From Raillietiella orientalis (Eukaryota): a stretch of 64,000 nucleotides of DNA. The first letter of the stretch is position 1. Every line of letters starts with the position of its first letter. Under the pieces are notes generated by a model. That model saw only the letters and a list, made by a program, of their open reading frames with translations, made no database searches and had not been told where the DNA came from. Where the stretch lies: NCBI GenBank assembly GCA_036172245.1, contig JAYWIR010000007.1:992001-1056000 (forward strand), given 5' to 3'. Made by a program: the position numbers and the translations under genes. Positions 50,373 to 64,000 of the stretch are shown here, one piece after another.

Positions 50373-53300
50373 CTAATTTTTTTTGCGATCAAGAATATTC
50401 AAATATTTTCCTCTTGTCATTTCATGGGCCTCATCTAGCCCTAGTTGATATGCAATGTTACGCAAATTCCTAATTTCCTGTAGAATCCCTTGAACACTCA
50501 AATTGCTATACTCTGAAAAGTAGTAAAGAAAATAAACATTTATTTATGCAGTAACTTACGAAACAATAAATTGAAATCTTCTTCTTCAAAGTCTTTCAAG
50601 TGGACACATGCTGGGCTATCATTAATATTTTCAGTGTTTAAATTCGCATACTCCAATACCCCTGGTACTAAAAGATCCATGATGAAATCAAATTAGAAAT
50701 CAAAACTCACATTTTTCTGGCCAAAGATCTGGCGATGATCTGTCAAGCTTTTCTGTACTAACAAAGATGTCTTCTGAAATACGATAACAAAAATCAATTT
50801 TAATTTTAATCAAATGACACATTAATGGCTACATCAGAATTAGAAATGAATCACACCTGTACATTAATATCGTATCAGGAAAACTTGCCATAATGTCATG
50901 TTTGATTTCACATCCTAGATATTTATATTTTGGAAAAGTTTTATAAAGGATGGCGGAATATTGAATTTAGGCCATCTAGCAAAGACCACAGGATATAATA
51001 AATTCAATTAGAACAATTTTCTAGCATTCTAATATACCTGACTGATTCAAGTACATACTCAATCGTCCTGAAATCAGTTATCATAAATAATCATTTGATT
51101 TCATATGGTATTTGTAATTACAACAAATTGGACAAAAACTCCGAATGAGATCTACATGCACAAATAAAAAATAGTTCACAAATGATTACATCCAATCAGA
51201 ACAATCAGACTGCATTACAATGTTATGTTTATGATTTGGAACACATTAATTACTAATTTCCTGAAATTCTTGAACATCAGCATTCCTGAATTACAAAGTA
51301 CTTTGACATCAGAACCTCAATAAAGTCCATGAAAGGGAAACAACTGCCCATGATTATGAAATCTGAATGCACCTGTAAATGCAAAACTTAAAATAAAAAT
51401 ACACTTACAAACAAAAGAAAAATAAAGCTAAAGGAAATGACAAGCATAGTAAAACAAGTTGATAATTTCAACAGATTCTCCCCATTCTAAATGAATGAAT
51501 GTAGAAAAGTTTTCTTGATTTGATCACTACTTTAAAAATTTGGGCTTTTTTCTAAAAGCATAATCTCTAAAGAAACAGTTAAAGAAACAATGTATCACTC
51601 AATCTTAGAATAGAGTCTTCTATTACTGGAAAAACCACAATCATAAACAAATTCCAAGAAATTAAAGATATCATAGCTATGCTCAATAATTCTCAAGTTA
51701 TGCAAAGAATGTGATCACAAACATCTGATAAATTATTAGAAAAAGATCTGTGTGTAAAATACTCAACAACTCATTGAATACATTCACATTCAAATTCAAA
51801 TACATAATTAAACAATACAAAAATTGAAATATATTTATTTCTCCATGATCAAACATTCCTTCTCAGTTCACTACTTTTTATTATCTTGACCAGCACAAAT
51901 GAACGACATAACTTTATTAAAGCAAATGTAAATAAAAAAAATATCAAACCAACCGAAATTGTACATTGCAAAAAAAAAAAAAAAAAATCATCTGTGATCC
52001 TGCATAATGCAAAGACATGCATCTAGTGGAGTGGAGGAATATTTTACTACATTGCATTACTGAATTCTTAAATAACTTTAAAAGAAAGAACTCTGAAACC
52101 ATGTAACAAAATTGCACTGTATTTAAAATGTATTATGTGCAAGGAAATATAGTTGAATTTGACTATGGAAATACTAGGAGTATGTGTTTTGTTTTGTATC
52201 AGAGTGAAATTAATTAAAAATTGATATTTAATGTTGGATGCTGATGAGTTAAATAAAACGATCGCTATGCGCAAGGAAATATGGTTGAATTTGACTATGG
52301 AAGTACTAGGAGTGCACATACTTATGTGTGCCATGATTTACAAGTGAGCTAGGTTTAAACATCAATGTTTAGAATTAATATTCTATCTAAAATCAGTGAA
52401 ATATTTTCTAGGAGACTCCAATTATGAACTTTCAAAACATCTGTGAATCATAAGAGCCATGAAGAACTCGCTGGATGAACAAAGAACAATTCTGGATTAT
52501 GAACATTTAATTGAATCAACTAATAAAATGCAGGAACAAACCAGAATTTTAATTTGAAATCGGAAAGGAATTGATGAATATGTGCAAAACAAAAGCTGAT
52601 TTCCCAAAATTAATGAAAACGAGCGTTCTTATTAAAATAAATGCATGCTTGAGTGTGAAAACAAAAATCTTCGGCTCCCATGGATTATAAGAAATTATCA
52701 TTTGCCACAGATTTCACAAAACACTTTGTATTACTATGCAAACCAATGACTAAAACTGGCTGCTCTTTGACGTGATGAAAGTTGAAACATTTAACTTCTT
52801 CTAATGCTTATATTAAAGACTCCATGAAAATTCAGGAATGTTATATTGATTTTCAACAGTTAAGTCAAGTATGTTCCATGAACATTTGCATAAACAAATG
52901 CAGAGCTGAAAAACAACTTACTATAAATTTATATAATTATAACCATACAGGTAAATTGTTTTCTACAAATTAATATCTGTACAAAGAACTGTACACAAAT
53001 GCATGCACACACTCACACACACGTGTATGTGTGTGTGCATGTTGCAAATAAATAGTTACTACAACTTTTCCAACATTTCATAAAGACCTAGGCTGGGCCT
53101 GGGAAACAATTAACTAAAACTGTTATTTAAAGTTTTCGAAGTATATGCAAATCTAAACATCAGTTTGCACAAATGGTCACTTACTAAAATATGTGCAAAA
53201 TAAACAATTATTATTTAAAAAAAGAAAAAAAAACTAAATACGTCCAGCATACAAATCAAGGTCTTTGAGAAGATAAAAGGGCTTGCAAAACAAAAAAGAT

Positions 53301-56300
53301 TATGATGACATCACATCTTGACAAATTGTGCATGAAATAATCTGAAATTGAAACTTATACCAGTGATCCTGTTCAGTTCCATCAACCTCAACCAATTAAT
53401 GCTAGCAGTTTGTTGATGGAAAATGGTTATGCATCTTCCTTATATATTACATCATATGTCATACGTTACATTTTCCTTGAACTATTTAGAAATGCAAAGT
53501 ATCCATGTATATCAAATGTAATAAAAAGAAAACTTCGTAATGCATTTATAATCCTATGTTCTTGCTACCCATGGGAGTTGTCTATAAAAAGCTGCATATT
53601 CCTACTCTTTTACGCATAGAGAAATGAAGGCAACATGGACAATTCGAAGCTAATGAGCACATGAAACAATCTGCTTACATTGCTACTGCATTCTGGACAC
53701 TAAACTAGCAAATCCAGGAGCTATGGCATACCATTTAAGACACTCATCTTTCTCTGAATCTCTTCTGTTCTGTATTCATCATTTTTTCAGGTCTATTCTC
53801 TCCATGAGAACTATGGAAATTCCTCAACTTCCTTTGCTAGAGATTCACTGCAAATTGCAAATAAGGCTTTGGAAAAACTGACTGTTCTTAGAGATCTCAG
53901 CAACAGTATTTTGCACTTTTGTTTTTCATCAGCTGCATGTTCACACCAAAACACTTGCTTTTTATTCTCCTTAACAACTGTTTAACGCTGCTAATTCATC
54001 TTGGTCTTGTTCTTTTCTTGCCAATTGCAAACACTTGGAAACGACATCAACACAAACATTTTGTTGTTATTAGCATGTATCACGTATACCTGCATATTTA
54101 AGAAACTGAGTAATACAATATTATATGCACACACTACTCAAAAGTTACTCAAGTCTTAAGGAAGCTGGACTACAAACATAAAAGCCTGATTACAATATTT
54201 GAGAAAAAAAAAAAAAAATTAGCTACAGAAAAAATAATGAACTATCTAACAAAATCAGGAAAATAATCATCCACACCAAATGAATGGTCTGTATGAATGA
54301 GCCAAAATGAAAGGATGACAAAAGATGGAGTATTTTAATCATACAAATTCAAGCATAATGCAAGATATGAGAAATAAACTGATTATAGTGTAGTCCAGAG
54401 TTCACCTACTTATCTTCTCAAAGATGATGAAATTCCCATAAACTTATAGAAGCTCAATAAAACAGTAATACACAAAAATGACTTCTCTGCACAATATTCA
54501 GGACTTAAAAAGGAGGATATGAACAAATGGATGACTAAGAATATCCAAGGAAGACTATAAGATTTGAGGACCCAGAATACAAAATGGTCAACCTGAATCT
54601 TGACATCAATTTATGAAAGCAAATTGAATAATTACGAGATTCTGGATAAATAACACAACTCTAAAATACTGTAATTTTGCACATTTTTGTACTATTCGGT
54701 AGAAGTAGCATAAGAGACTGCACATTAGCATTGAGATTGAAGCAAACATGAAATTATTGATTCATTGTCACATCAAATTGGCACAAAATTACTACATGAT
54801 GCACATCCAAATGCCAAGTCCAGAGGTTTCAATCTGTTTTACACTACAGCACCGCGATTTTGTTTTATTCACTTCGGTTACATACGTAGATGCATTCCTG
54901 ATTTCTTAAGGAATTTCAATTTTTTAATATATACTAACTCTTGATAAGAGAATTGATAAATTGACAATCAAAAACATTCAGAATATTGTCAATGCTAAAA
55001 TTAATTTGTTAAAAGAAATCACTGTACAAGGCATTACATATCACGTGCAAAGAATGTTTGGGATGAAAATGAAATTTTGTGGTAAATTAATATGGATGTT
55101 GATTTTGAAAAACAACATCTTCAAAGCATATAGTTCAAAACTGAGGAAAAGAACCATTTTATTCATTATTTGCAGTTAAAATTATATGAGTGCTATCGAC
55201 TGTCATTTACCATCAAACAATATTTCTATCTAATAAGAAACGGAATTCCAACCTCCTCTTTTGTCTATCTAAAAGGTAAACTTGAAAAATGCATGAAATT
55301 GTACAAATGAAGTTTCAAGTAAAAAAATAAATGAACAGTTAAGTAATTTACAGTGACAAAAATTAAAACACAAAAATGAGCAAGAATGCTATAGATCAAT
55401 CATACATCAACTACTTGAAAATTTTAATCTCTCAGTAAAGATGTTTTGGCAGTGTGAAAGTACTATTCATAATCAGAGTCCAATTAAATCCACCACCTTG
55501 TAGCACTATGTGAACATTCAATTTCCATTTACAACACTCAATATTTTCAGAATGCTTTTCTTTTTAACTAAACTCTTCACGATACTACCAGCTTGAGATT
55601 TTTCACAAACTTATATACCTCTTAAGCATTCAATAATTAATATTTTCAAGCACAAGTATTCTATATCAAGGAGGAGCGAGCATTCATGAATGCTTGTGAT
55701 ATAAACTAAGTTGAAAAATGCAATATGTCAAATGAATTTACAATTTTTTTTTTCAAAACCAAGCTGGTGCCTATATAAATATTCAATTTCAGAATTTGAA
55801 CCTTATTGCTTTTAAATTATGTAATCATATTAATCGCACCTAAAAATAAATTTCTTTAATCATCATCAAATCATAATTCCATCATTGTTTGGAACTTTGA
55901 TGAAGACTTCATGAGTTTGACATCACACACACTAAGAATTATTCCTTTACTTTTCCTTTCTGCAGAAATGCTCCAGCTGTCAAAGGTTTCATATTTTCAC
56001 ATTGAAATTTATTATGTATGATTAAAAAATTACACTATTTTTATTCAGAAATGTTTTCATGTTCACATGCATCTACTGTTTTTCTCTTCCTTGAAAACTT
56101 TCACTTGCATATTACTTTTGCTCATTGTTTATACTACATGTTAAGATCCATCTGTATCATGCTGCTGCATCTTACTAGTGAAATGCTACATTTAAATTTG
56201 AATCAAAGGGTTTGAAATCAATTCTTGGTCTAGCACCAAGAAATACAGAGTAGAAAATGTAAAGTGAGTACTAATACAACAGTCAAGTAATAAATATGTG

Positions 56301-57267
56301 AAATACATTGCCAAGTAAAGTTTATTAGTAACTACATGTAGTAAATAACTCATACATAGATAAATGAAATACAATTCTTAGTGTAGCCACAAAGAGCAGC
56401 TGCCAACAGATCCTCAAGTTCAATAGTACACACAATCTGTTTTGCCCTGAGTGAATTATGATCATCTTGTCTTGTATCAGATGTGAATTTTGGTAAGCCA
56501 ACAGTGCAAATTCTATTGCTGAGGAATGTTTGCTATAGTCATGTTCCAAAAGTCACCTTCAACATGGTGCTTACTTATTTCCAGAATATTTATGTTTCAC
56601 GTTTACAAAGGGCAGATGGTTCCTTTTTACTATAATTCCCCGGAATTACCGCCTGTATTTTCAACTTTTCTTATATATGTATACAAAAAAAATAAACTAT
56701 CTGTTCTTTGAAAGATACAGATGGATAGATATGGATTGTGACTTGCATTTTCATATATGTATATTTATACATACATGAAAACACAAGTCACTATGTTGAA
56801 TATAGCGCTAAAATTCGCATCTTCACAAGGTGCGAAGCATCCCAGATTGACTTTATTTGTTCATAATCGGCACCAAAAAGTAACACTTAAAGTGCTTTTA
56901 AGTTTACACTCTGGTTGAATTTGCATCATGAATATTTAAGGGATAACGATTAGTTGAAACACCCGAAATCATATCAGAATCTGGGAAATCTAACTACCTT
57001 GTTTAAATCGCTTACTAAATTTTTATATGAAGGTAAGAACTGGGAAAACAGTCATTAGAATAGAAAGTCTAACAAAGATGCCAAAAGGCAAGTTGAGATT
57101 AATTAACTAAAGAAAACTTGTTAACCAACGGGTGTGCAGTAAAATGAAAGGGCTTAATGAATGTTACATGTACGTGCAATAGGCATGTCCTGAAACCAAG
57201 AAGTCACTCGTTGGAAAGTTACCTCACCTGTTTCTTGAAAATCTAGTTGATCTGATTTTTCTTTCAT
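50373..57267 (-). CDS. lin-52: LIN-52, MuvB/DREAM complex subunit (~116 aa)
   Basis: Firm exons 50773-50711, 50667-50560 and 50512-50373 encode DIFVSTEKLDRSSPDLWPEKLPGV...LRNIAYQLGLDEAHEMTRGKYLNILDRKKN*. The preferred first coding exon 57267-57228 (MKEKSDQLDFQET, phase 1, donor CAG|gtgagg) gives 351 nt. An alternative start at 51056 is also phase-compatible, so the 5' end is less certain. Confidence 0.88.
52134..52313. repeat. 48-bp direct repeat (52134-52181 and 52266-52313) in the putative lin-52 intron
   Basis: tatg(t/c)gcaaggaaatat(a/g)gttgaatttgactatggaa(a/g)tactaggagt, 3 transitions. Confidence 0.95.
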
Positions 57268-59002
57268 TTCCTTACTTGAAAATTAAATACATCTGTGCAA
57301 AGATAATAACATAGATGGCAGGAACATGTCGGTATTCTTAATTGAGCATTTTCTTTTAAATATGCTTTATGCTAAATATTGGGATTCACAAATTTCCTCT
57401 TACAGCACTCAACTACGCACCTTACCAAAATATCAACATTTCCAAAGCGCACCTAAAGCTAAAACGGTTCAAAGCTTTGATTTTACGGTTTACATCGGTC
57501 CATCTCTCATGTCAACGTTTCTATTTCATCCTTAGGATGCCAACTTTCTTTTGACTTACTCCGGAGAACATATACACGGTGATTCTAATCCAAAGAAATT
57601 TTTTTGGAATTATTTTCCAAAAAGTATACGAACAGCATGTTTGGAAAATTCCCAGTGACTCCAACTAATCAAAATACACACTCAAACACAGTTTACTAAA
57701 ATAGGTGTATTGAGCTCATAAATACTTGTGAAATGCAAAACAAGAGATATAGTTAAAAACGTAGTAAATGTATAAACTGTCGAAATCCTCTCCTGCCAAT
57801 AGGAAACAGGAATTACCAAAACCAGACACCAAGGAAAGAAAGAATTTTGTAACTCTTAATGATTCCAAAAATGGTATCCATTATCCACGACGTTTATCGG
57901 AATAAATTCGTGATAATGCAAATTTTCGAATGCAAATTTTTTGTTTCCGATCAGCCTTTTATATAAATGGAAAGACAGCGCTTCTTTCGTAACTTGGCAT
58001 TCATTCCTTTCCTGCTAATGCTGCTGTGCATTGAATCGGCAATCATTTTCGAGAACGAAAAGAAGAAACGAGTCTTGAAATGTAAAAAAACATTTTAAGC
58101 AGAAATCCTATTAAACTGTGTCAGCAAGTTTGTAAAATTTTTCCCTGCTTCAATTTAAGTTCGTGGAGTTAAGGTTCTACATATCCATTTAGAAACAGTC
58201 TGTTGTTTCGTATCGAGCTCAAAGCAGATTTCGACTTAAAGTGACAAAGTGATACGTTACTAAAAAAAATCGTGAAGTCCTTTTCGAAGTGAAAAATGTT
58301 CAAAAAGAAAAATATTAACAATATCATATAATTGTATTCATTTATAAGCATATGAATATTATTTAACATGAGGAAACGTTTTTCTTGCATCGTTAGTACA
58401 GAGCCTGCTAACCCTCATATCCCACATCTAATTTTGATGCTACTAGAAATAGAAGTTTCAACTCTTGTCACCTATTATGAATTAGAACGTATCCCCTAAA
58501 GTAGTTAAGGAATGTATTCCTTGAATACTTTTTGCAACTGAGAAACATTTGTCACTAATACCGAGTGATGAATTAATCAGAGTATCCAAATTACATGGTA
58601 GTGGTAAGAGTTTCGAGTTTTATATTTTGTTATGGCTCATGCAAAAGCTTCCGAACACACCAACAGTTTTTGTCGAGATTCGTTGTTACCACTTCCGTAA
58701 CAGTATTTTCAATATAAAGCCTAGCAAACCGACCGAATCCAAAAAATTATCTAAGCAAAGTGCTTTAAAAATTAAATTTCGAACGTGTGAACGGAAGAAA
58801 AAAAAAAAAAAAAAAAGGTGAAGGGGGTGATGAAGAACATTCAAAAAATGAAAATATTCAAAATTGTAATATTAATAAAAATCTTCAGAAAATTACGAAC
58901 GGATGTACTGATGTTTGATATATGTTCTGATTCAGAATGATCCAAACCTTATAGTTCAGATAGTACAGAATATACTCATAGTACAGATTGTTTACGTCAT
59001 GA

Positions 59003-59890
59003 TTATATGATTTCATTCAAATTAATGCTGATAATATCCCTGGGATAAAATTTCTGGATAATACTTCTGGATGGTGGAAATGAACAATTGCCTTTGATAC
59101 TTTCAAAAGTTTCCTGCATGGACTCCTGGTATTTAACAAAATCAAGAAGGAAATCTTCACTTTTGAAATGGATTCAGAAGCAAGTATTCAGAATCCATTT
59201 CAAGCTCGAAATTTTTGAATATCCATACGTTTTACCAAGGGGGATTTAGATTTTGCTGACTTGAGCTGAAAGGCAAACTGAAAATTCTGTTTCCCACATT
59301 TCATGCTTACTATGGATTGCTCTGATATGTTTCTAACATATTTGTGCTGCGACATCTGAATTAGAAATTATCAAATTCTTCTCATACACATCGTAATTGT
59401 AAGTAATTTCATTACACATTTCCAAGCAGTGCCAGAGATGAGTCGATTTTGCAAAGTTCACCATCATTCCTCAGAAAATGTCCCAAAGTTTTCTAGAAAA
59501 AGCCACTTAAAATTGCAACGCAAAGCACAAGAAATGTGTTTAAAGGCCATGAAAAGTGCAATCATTTCTGCAAAGCGTTTAATATTTTGCTGAGTGCAAA
59601 TACGATTGGCAGCATTTGGTTTCTTGATAGGAATCAAACCAAGACAAAAATATGGGATTCTTAAATGTTACTTCGATTTTGCTGTATCGCTGCTTTGACT
59701 CTGTGTGTTTTACGGCTGCAGAACCATTTAAAACCAGTGCTGTTTGAAGTCGGCTAGAGTTTGTAGGAAAACTAAAGATCAATAGTACGTTTTTCCGTAC
59801 AACTGATCCAATGTACCATGGAACGAAAATTTCATTTATGACTGTGTGAAACACTTCGTTACTGGCAAGGGGTAAGAGTTTCATCAAGCA
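59003..59890 (-). CDS. Tentative small multi-exon gene, unknown product
   Basis: Phase-compatible short exon candidates with GT-AG borders: MKLLPLASNEVFHTVINEIFVPC / RLQTALVLNGSAAVKHTESKQRYSKIE / KTLGHFLRNDGELCKIDSSLALLGN / ... / ESMQETFESIKGNCSFPPSRSIIQKFYPRDIISINLNEII*. Several alternative chains are possible and no homology was recognised. Confidence 0.25.
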
Positions 59891-60583
59891 ATCTTTACAT
59901 ATTCGCCACGATTAAACTCTACAGAAGGCAATAAAGAAATCGGAATCTTCCCCCGGTAGTTTTCGCCTCATTTGAATCGATGAAAATCACACAAATTCTC
60001 GATTTCGGCGTTGACCTGTGATGAACGACTCTGCCGTTTTTTTTCCGAATCGGAGCAGGCAGCAAAATGTACAATTGCACGCTTCCCTCCTCGAATGGGA
60101 GCTTGGTACACAAGTTCTTGCACCTCGACAACGAGAGCATGCGGTCAACGGAAAACGCCTGCGCGTGGTGTGTCTGAGAACCCTTTTATTCCCTTTACAT
60201 GATTGGATGATGTTTTGGCTGGCAACACAGATGGATCCGTTTTTCAAATCTTCGGAATTCCAAACACCGATGCAACCCGAACGAAATCGAGAGCGTTCTA
60301 TCATCATCGTGATTATGGAGACCGGCTGCTGGTCGCCCTTTTGGATTCGCCTACGCAAGTGTTGCGTTCCGCTGGAGCAAGGAGGCACTATTTTGTTTTG
60401 GCCTCCCATTCCGCCGAGCATAAGTTCCATCAGCTTCTTAACTTTAATTGTGCCATTCCAAGATAACGCCTTCTCTTTTGTTTGGGGCCCATGAAATTAC
60501 GTTGCTGTTGGTTCTGCCCAAGTTGCAATCATCGAGTTTTGTTCAGATTGCTTGAGTCGCATTGTGAATTTTCCGTTCCCCCA

Positions 60584-60585
<2 letters not shown>

Positions 60586-60613
<28 letters not shown>
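60586..60613. repeat. (CA)14 microsatellite
   Basis: Direct reading. Confidence 0.95.
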
Positions 60614-60614
<1 letters not shown>

Positions 60615-62146
60615 CCTTCCAGTTGCTTGATGGAGGAAACGTTGGTCCTGTAGGCGAAAATGCGCATAAAAAGAAGCTCATGTGGCTGAAGGTGAAAATA
60701 TGCACGCTGCCGGTTGAATTCAAAAAATGGATTCAACAAGCCGGCATTCGAGTTCAAGTGGAAAATAGCTTACTTGAAAGCTGGGCTTCTTGGTGGACGT
60801 TCTTTCTGTTTTATCCTTTGTTCAGGTTTTTTTCGTCTGTTTTTGTTCTGTACGTGATGTACCGCGTTCCTTCAGATGATCCCTGCTGCCGTATAAGTAT
60901 ACTGATTTGGGGGCGATAAATGATAAAATCATCGAACGTGAAAAGTGCTGAACTTTTGTAAGGTCTTCCTCTTTTGCCTATGACTATGTTTTTAAATTTC
61001 GTATCGCCATTGTGAATCGTAGCATGGGTGCCACATTTGTAAGCAAGTGCTGAATGCACTATAAACGCGTTAATAACGTGTGCATCTCATTTTCTGATAA
61101 AACAAATGAAAATCGTGTGTTTGTGCGCGTGTATCTATCCATGTGTGACACAATTTGAAGCTGAGAAGGAAAGAAAATGGGAACTACACTTTTCCCGAAG
61201 TAGAGTGGATTGGATTTTTATTTTTAAAACGTGCTTTCAGCGTGATGACTTTATTGTCGTGACATTAAAAAAAAAAAAAAGAAAAAAGAAAAGGCATCTC
61301 CAGTCATTTCCAGTCAGATAAAAAGAAACATACATCAAACGAAAACGGAGCTAACTTGGGAGTTGAAAAAGAGAAAAAGTTGGTGAATTATGTATAAAGG
61401 GAAAGCAAGTAAAATAAAACAAGACAAAACAATGATATCTAATAAGCAGGTGGCAAACTTGTTTTCTTTCCAATTAATTCAGACATACATTTTTTTTTTC
61501 TCCTCGGTTTGTCTGAAACATTAGACAAAAGCTGAAGTCACTTTTCTAACTTTTGCTTCGTTGTGATTTCATGATTGCAAGTGATTCCGTTAAAAGCTAT
61601 AATCAGTTTGAAAGTTTCATCCTTTGGGCAATTTAATTTAGATTTCATAAACACAATTGTACGAGCACTGTAACTACGAGAAGTGTGAAATTTCCCTTCG
61701 AGAGACGTCGTTTTCGTAAAGCAAAAATTCCCGAATTTTGGCGCAGCACCACTCTTCCCCGATCGAATTTTTTTTTTTTTCTCTAATCCATTTCCGATCC
61801 TCCTCCACACTTTGCGAAGAAGATTTTCTGCGAATGTTCAGGATGAGAGCACAGAAGAGAATAGCAAATGCAAATGAGAACACCTCTTGAGCTACTGTGG
61901 TTTTTGGTGCTTCTTATTTTGTTTATTGCGGATAGTTTCGAGATCGTTTTTATTCGGGGAAAAACTCTGTAAAACCGGACTAATTTTTTTCCCCACATCT
62001 AATTGTTTCGCAAATGATCATTAACTGATGCTTTAGCAAATCTTCCTTTTCGGGGGAGGATGCTTGCAAACGATCTAAACATGAGGGCGTACGCACAGGA
62101 TCGAGAATCGCGTTCCGAGAAATTGGCATGCAGACTGCTTCGCAAC

Positions 62147-62200
62147 CTTTTTTTTTTTTTTTTCCTTTTTTTTTCCTTTTTTTTTTTGTTTTTTTTTTTT
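62147..62200. repeat. Interrupted poly-T tract
   Basis: Direct reading. Confidence 0.9.
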
Positions 62201-64000
62201 AAACGAACTATTCCAATGCACTGTGCAGATTATGCCTTTTAAATTTAGCTTTTGCATTTCTTTCTTTCCACCCCCTCCCCCCCCCCACCGCAGGATCAAG
62301 AGATTGCAGAAAAATTCTCCGATGCTTCAAAACATTCAAAACGTTCTTTTGTCAATTCTTCATCGTTGCATCTTACCACTGCTTCACGTGTAGAAGAGAG
62401 TTCATGCAATTAGAATCGAATTTCGAGAATTATTCGACGACTGCAACGGCTTTCTATAAATGTGCGTGCGATCCGTACTTTGGACAAGAGGGTTGATGTT
62501 TTAAAATGTACTCATAAATTCATGTGTACTGCTTCGAGTTTTTTTTTTTTTTTTTTTTTTCAATTTTTTGATCGTGATGCTGTGAGGAAACTTAGCTGAC
62601 TGGAGCCTATTTATGGCACGTGCTTGTCGGTTTTAGCTGTTTGCTGCCAGCGGTAGCATTGCTTAACGGCAAGGTGAGTCATGCTACTCTAGTGAACCAC
62701 GTTCTTTTTTTTCTGATTGGAATTCAGTTATCAATTGGCAATCGTGTGCGAGGAAATGTAAAATATTTCAAATAAATGACGGAGGCATACGGTTCGCCAT
62801 CTAAAGGTGTTTTTGTATTCTTCTGCAGAGTATAAAAGCTCGGATGTAAACACTGGCATTATTTTTGTTTGGTTAATTTAGTAATACAATTATGCTGTAG
62901 TGACGACTTTTCTATCATTAACCGATTGCAAAGGAGGCTCAAGTTTCGTCATTTTATTTTGCCGCTTTCTCCCTCGGTAATTTGAATTTCGCAAAGAGTT
63001 TTACGCAATTATGCTGAAGGCTTGTGGCTGTTGTTCTAAATTGAGTATTTCATGCATAGAGAAATTCCATTTTATCATTTCCTCGTTGTATTTTTCGTGA
63101 ATGGTTGGTAACAGGCATTTGGGACTTGTTTCCCATGTTTCCGGGTGGGCAAAACGGAAAGCCTTTCGATGAGCCACTGGAAAAATGCATAATAAAGCCT
63201 ACGTTGAAATAGGTTGCGTATTCAAACATTTTGCTGTTTATATATGTAGTTGAAACGCAGCATCCTAAGACAATTCGAAAAGCCTTCACAGTGGCCCACA
63301 ATCTTTTGCAGATGTCTTCAGATGAGTAACTGGCACCTCCGAAACGGAATTATTCTATGAGGCGCGGAGGATTCATCATTATGTGAACCCGGTTTGCAAG
63401 CGTCATTTTCGGCTGTTGATTTAATTTCTGTGAATCGCTGAATTTCTCTGACTGATCGCATTTTAAATCCGTGCCGATTTGAGGAATTCGGCTGCTTGTG
63501 TTCGATTCTCGGAGTGTTTAAAGCTTAATCCTACCGATAAGAAGGAAATGATGCACGGTGAAAGTTATGCTCCGTTTGTCGCGATTGCACAAAATAAAGA
63601 AATGCATATCTTGTAGATGCTTTTTCTGTCAGTTCTCTTGTGGATCTATCTAATTTGTTTTTTCGGTAATTGGAACAGTATTCCAGCAATTCCGCGCTGT
63701 GGATGCCATTACGATTTGCGTGGTAAAGGCCAAGTCAGCATCATCTAAATTTCTCTATTGCGATCTCAATCGAAAGAGCATGCTTCATCCTTTTTTTTCC
63801 TTTTTTGGATCTTGCATCTTAAATAGTATTTTCCATATCCGTAATTCCGTGAGCTTGGACGACTTGAGGAGCTTCGTTTGCTAGACGTTGAAATATGCAC
63901 GTGGTTGTTAGGAAATAAGATGAACTTTCAGTTCGACAAACTGCCTGTCAGCTGAGGTGACACCAGAATCTTCCAAGAAGAATTAAAAATCGTTGCAATT

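Noticed and set aside
52241..52264. CTGATGA-containing hammerhead ribozyme candidate (also 41317 and CTGAAGA sites in the SINE)
   Set aside because: The required GAAA after stem II and the flanking stems are absent
59987..63900. Protein-like ORFs near 60.0-60.9 kb and exon-like pieces at 62.6-63.3 kb
   Set aside because: Competing frames on both strands, no recognisable homology and no assembled model

Overview
Eukaryotic (invertebrate-like) genomic DNA with short GT-AG introns and a sharp compositional mosaic. GC/CpG-rich blocks lie at about 1-13.5 kb and 22.5-46.4 kb; AT-rich, CpG-depleted blocks cover the housekeeping gene bodies. Three spliced genes can be built by hand: a CAAX prenyl protease STE24/ZMPSTE24 (+, 16318-19378), a coiled-coil plus C-terminal SAM-domain protein (-, 23195-25063) and the MuvB/DREAM subunit lin-52 (-, 50373-57267). 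Two further minus-strand multi-exon genes are only tentative. The 31-48 kb region is rich in mobile-element debris: five copies of an ~800-bp tRNA-headed SINE-like element whose body is an array of C(UUCG)G-type hairpins; two 5'-truncated L1/Tx1-like LINE 3' ends (zf-RVT), both inserted into copies of that element with degenerate target-site duplications; decayed Tc1/mariner and hAT pieces; a 180-bp direct repeat; and a frameshifted fragment of a bacterial IS256 transposase resembling Wolbachia/Rickettsiales copies, a candidate endosymbiont-to-host DNA transfer. Most long ORFs in the GC-rich blocks look like GC-driven artefacts. All family assignments come from motif recognition by eye; no database searches were run.
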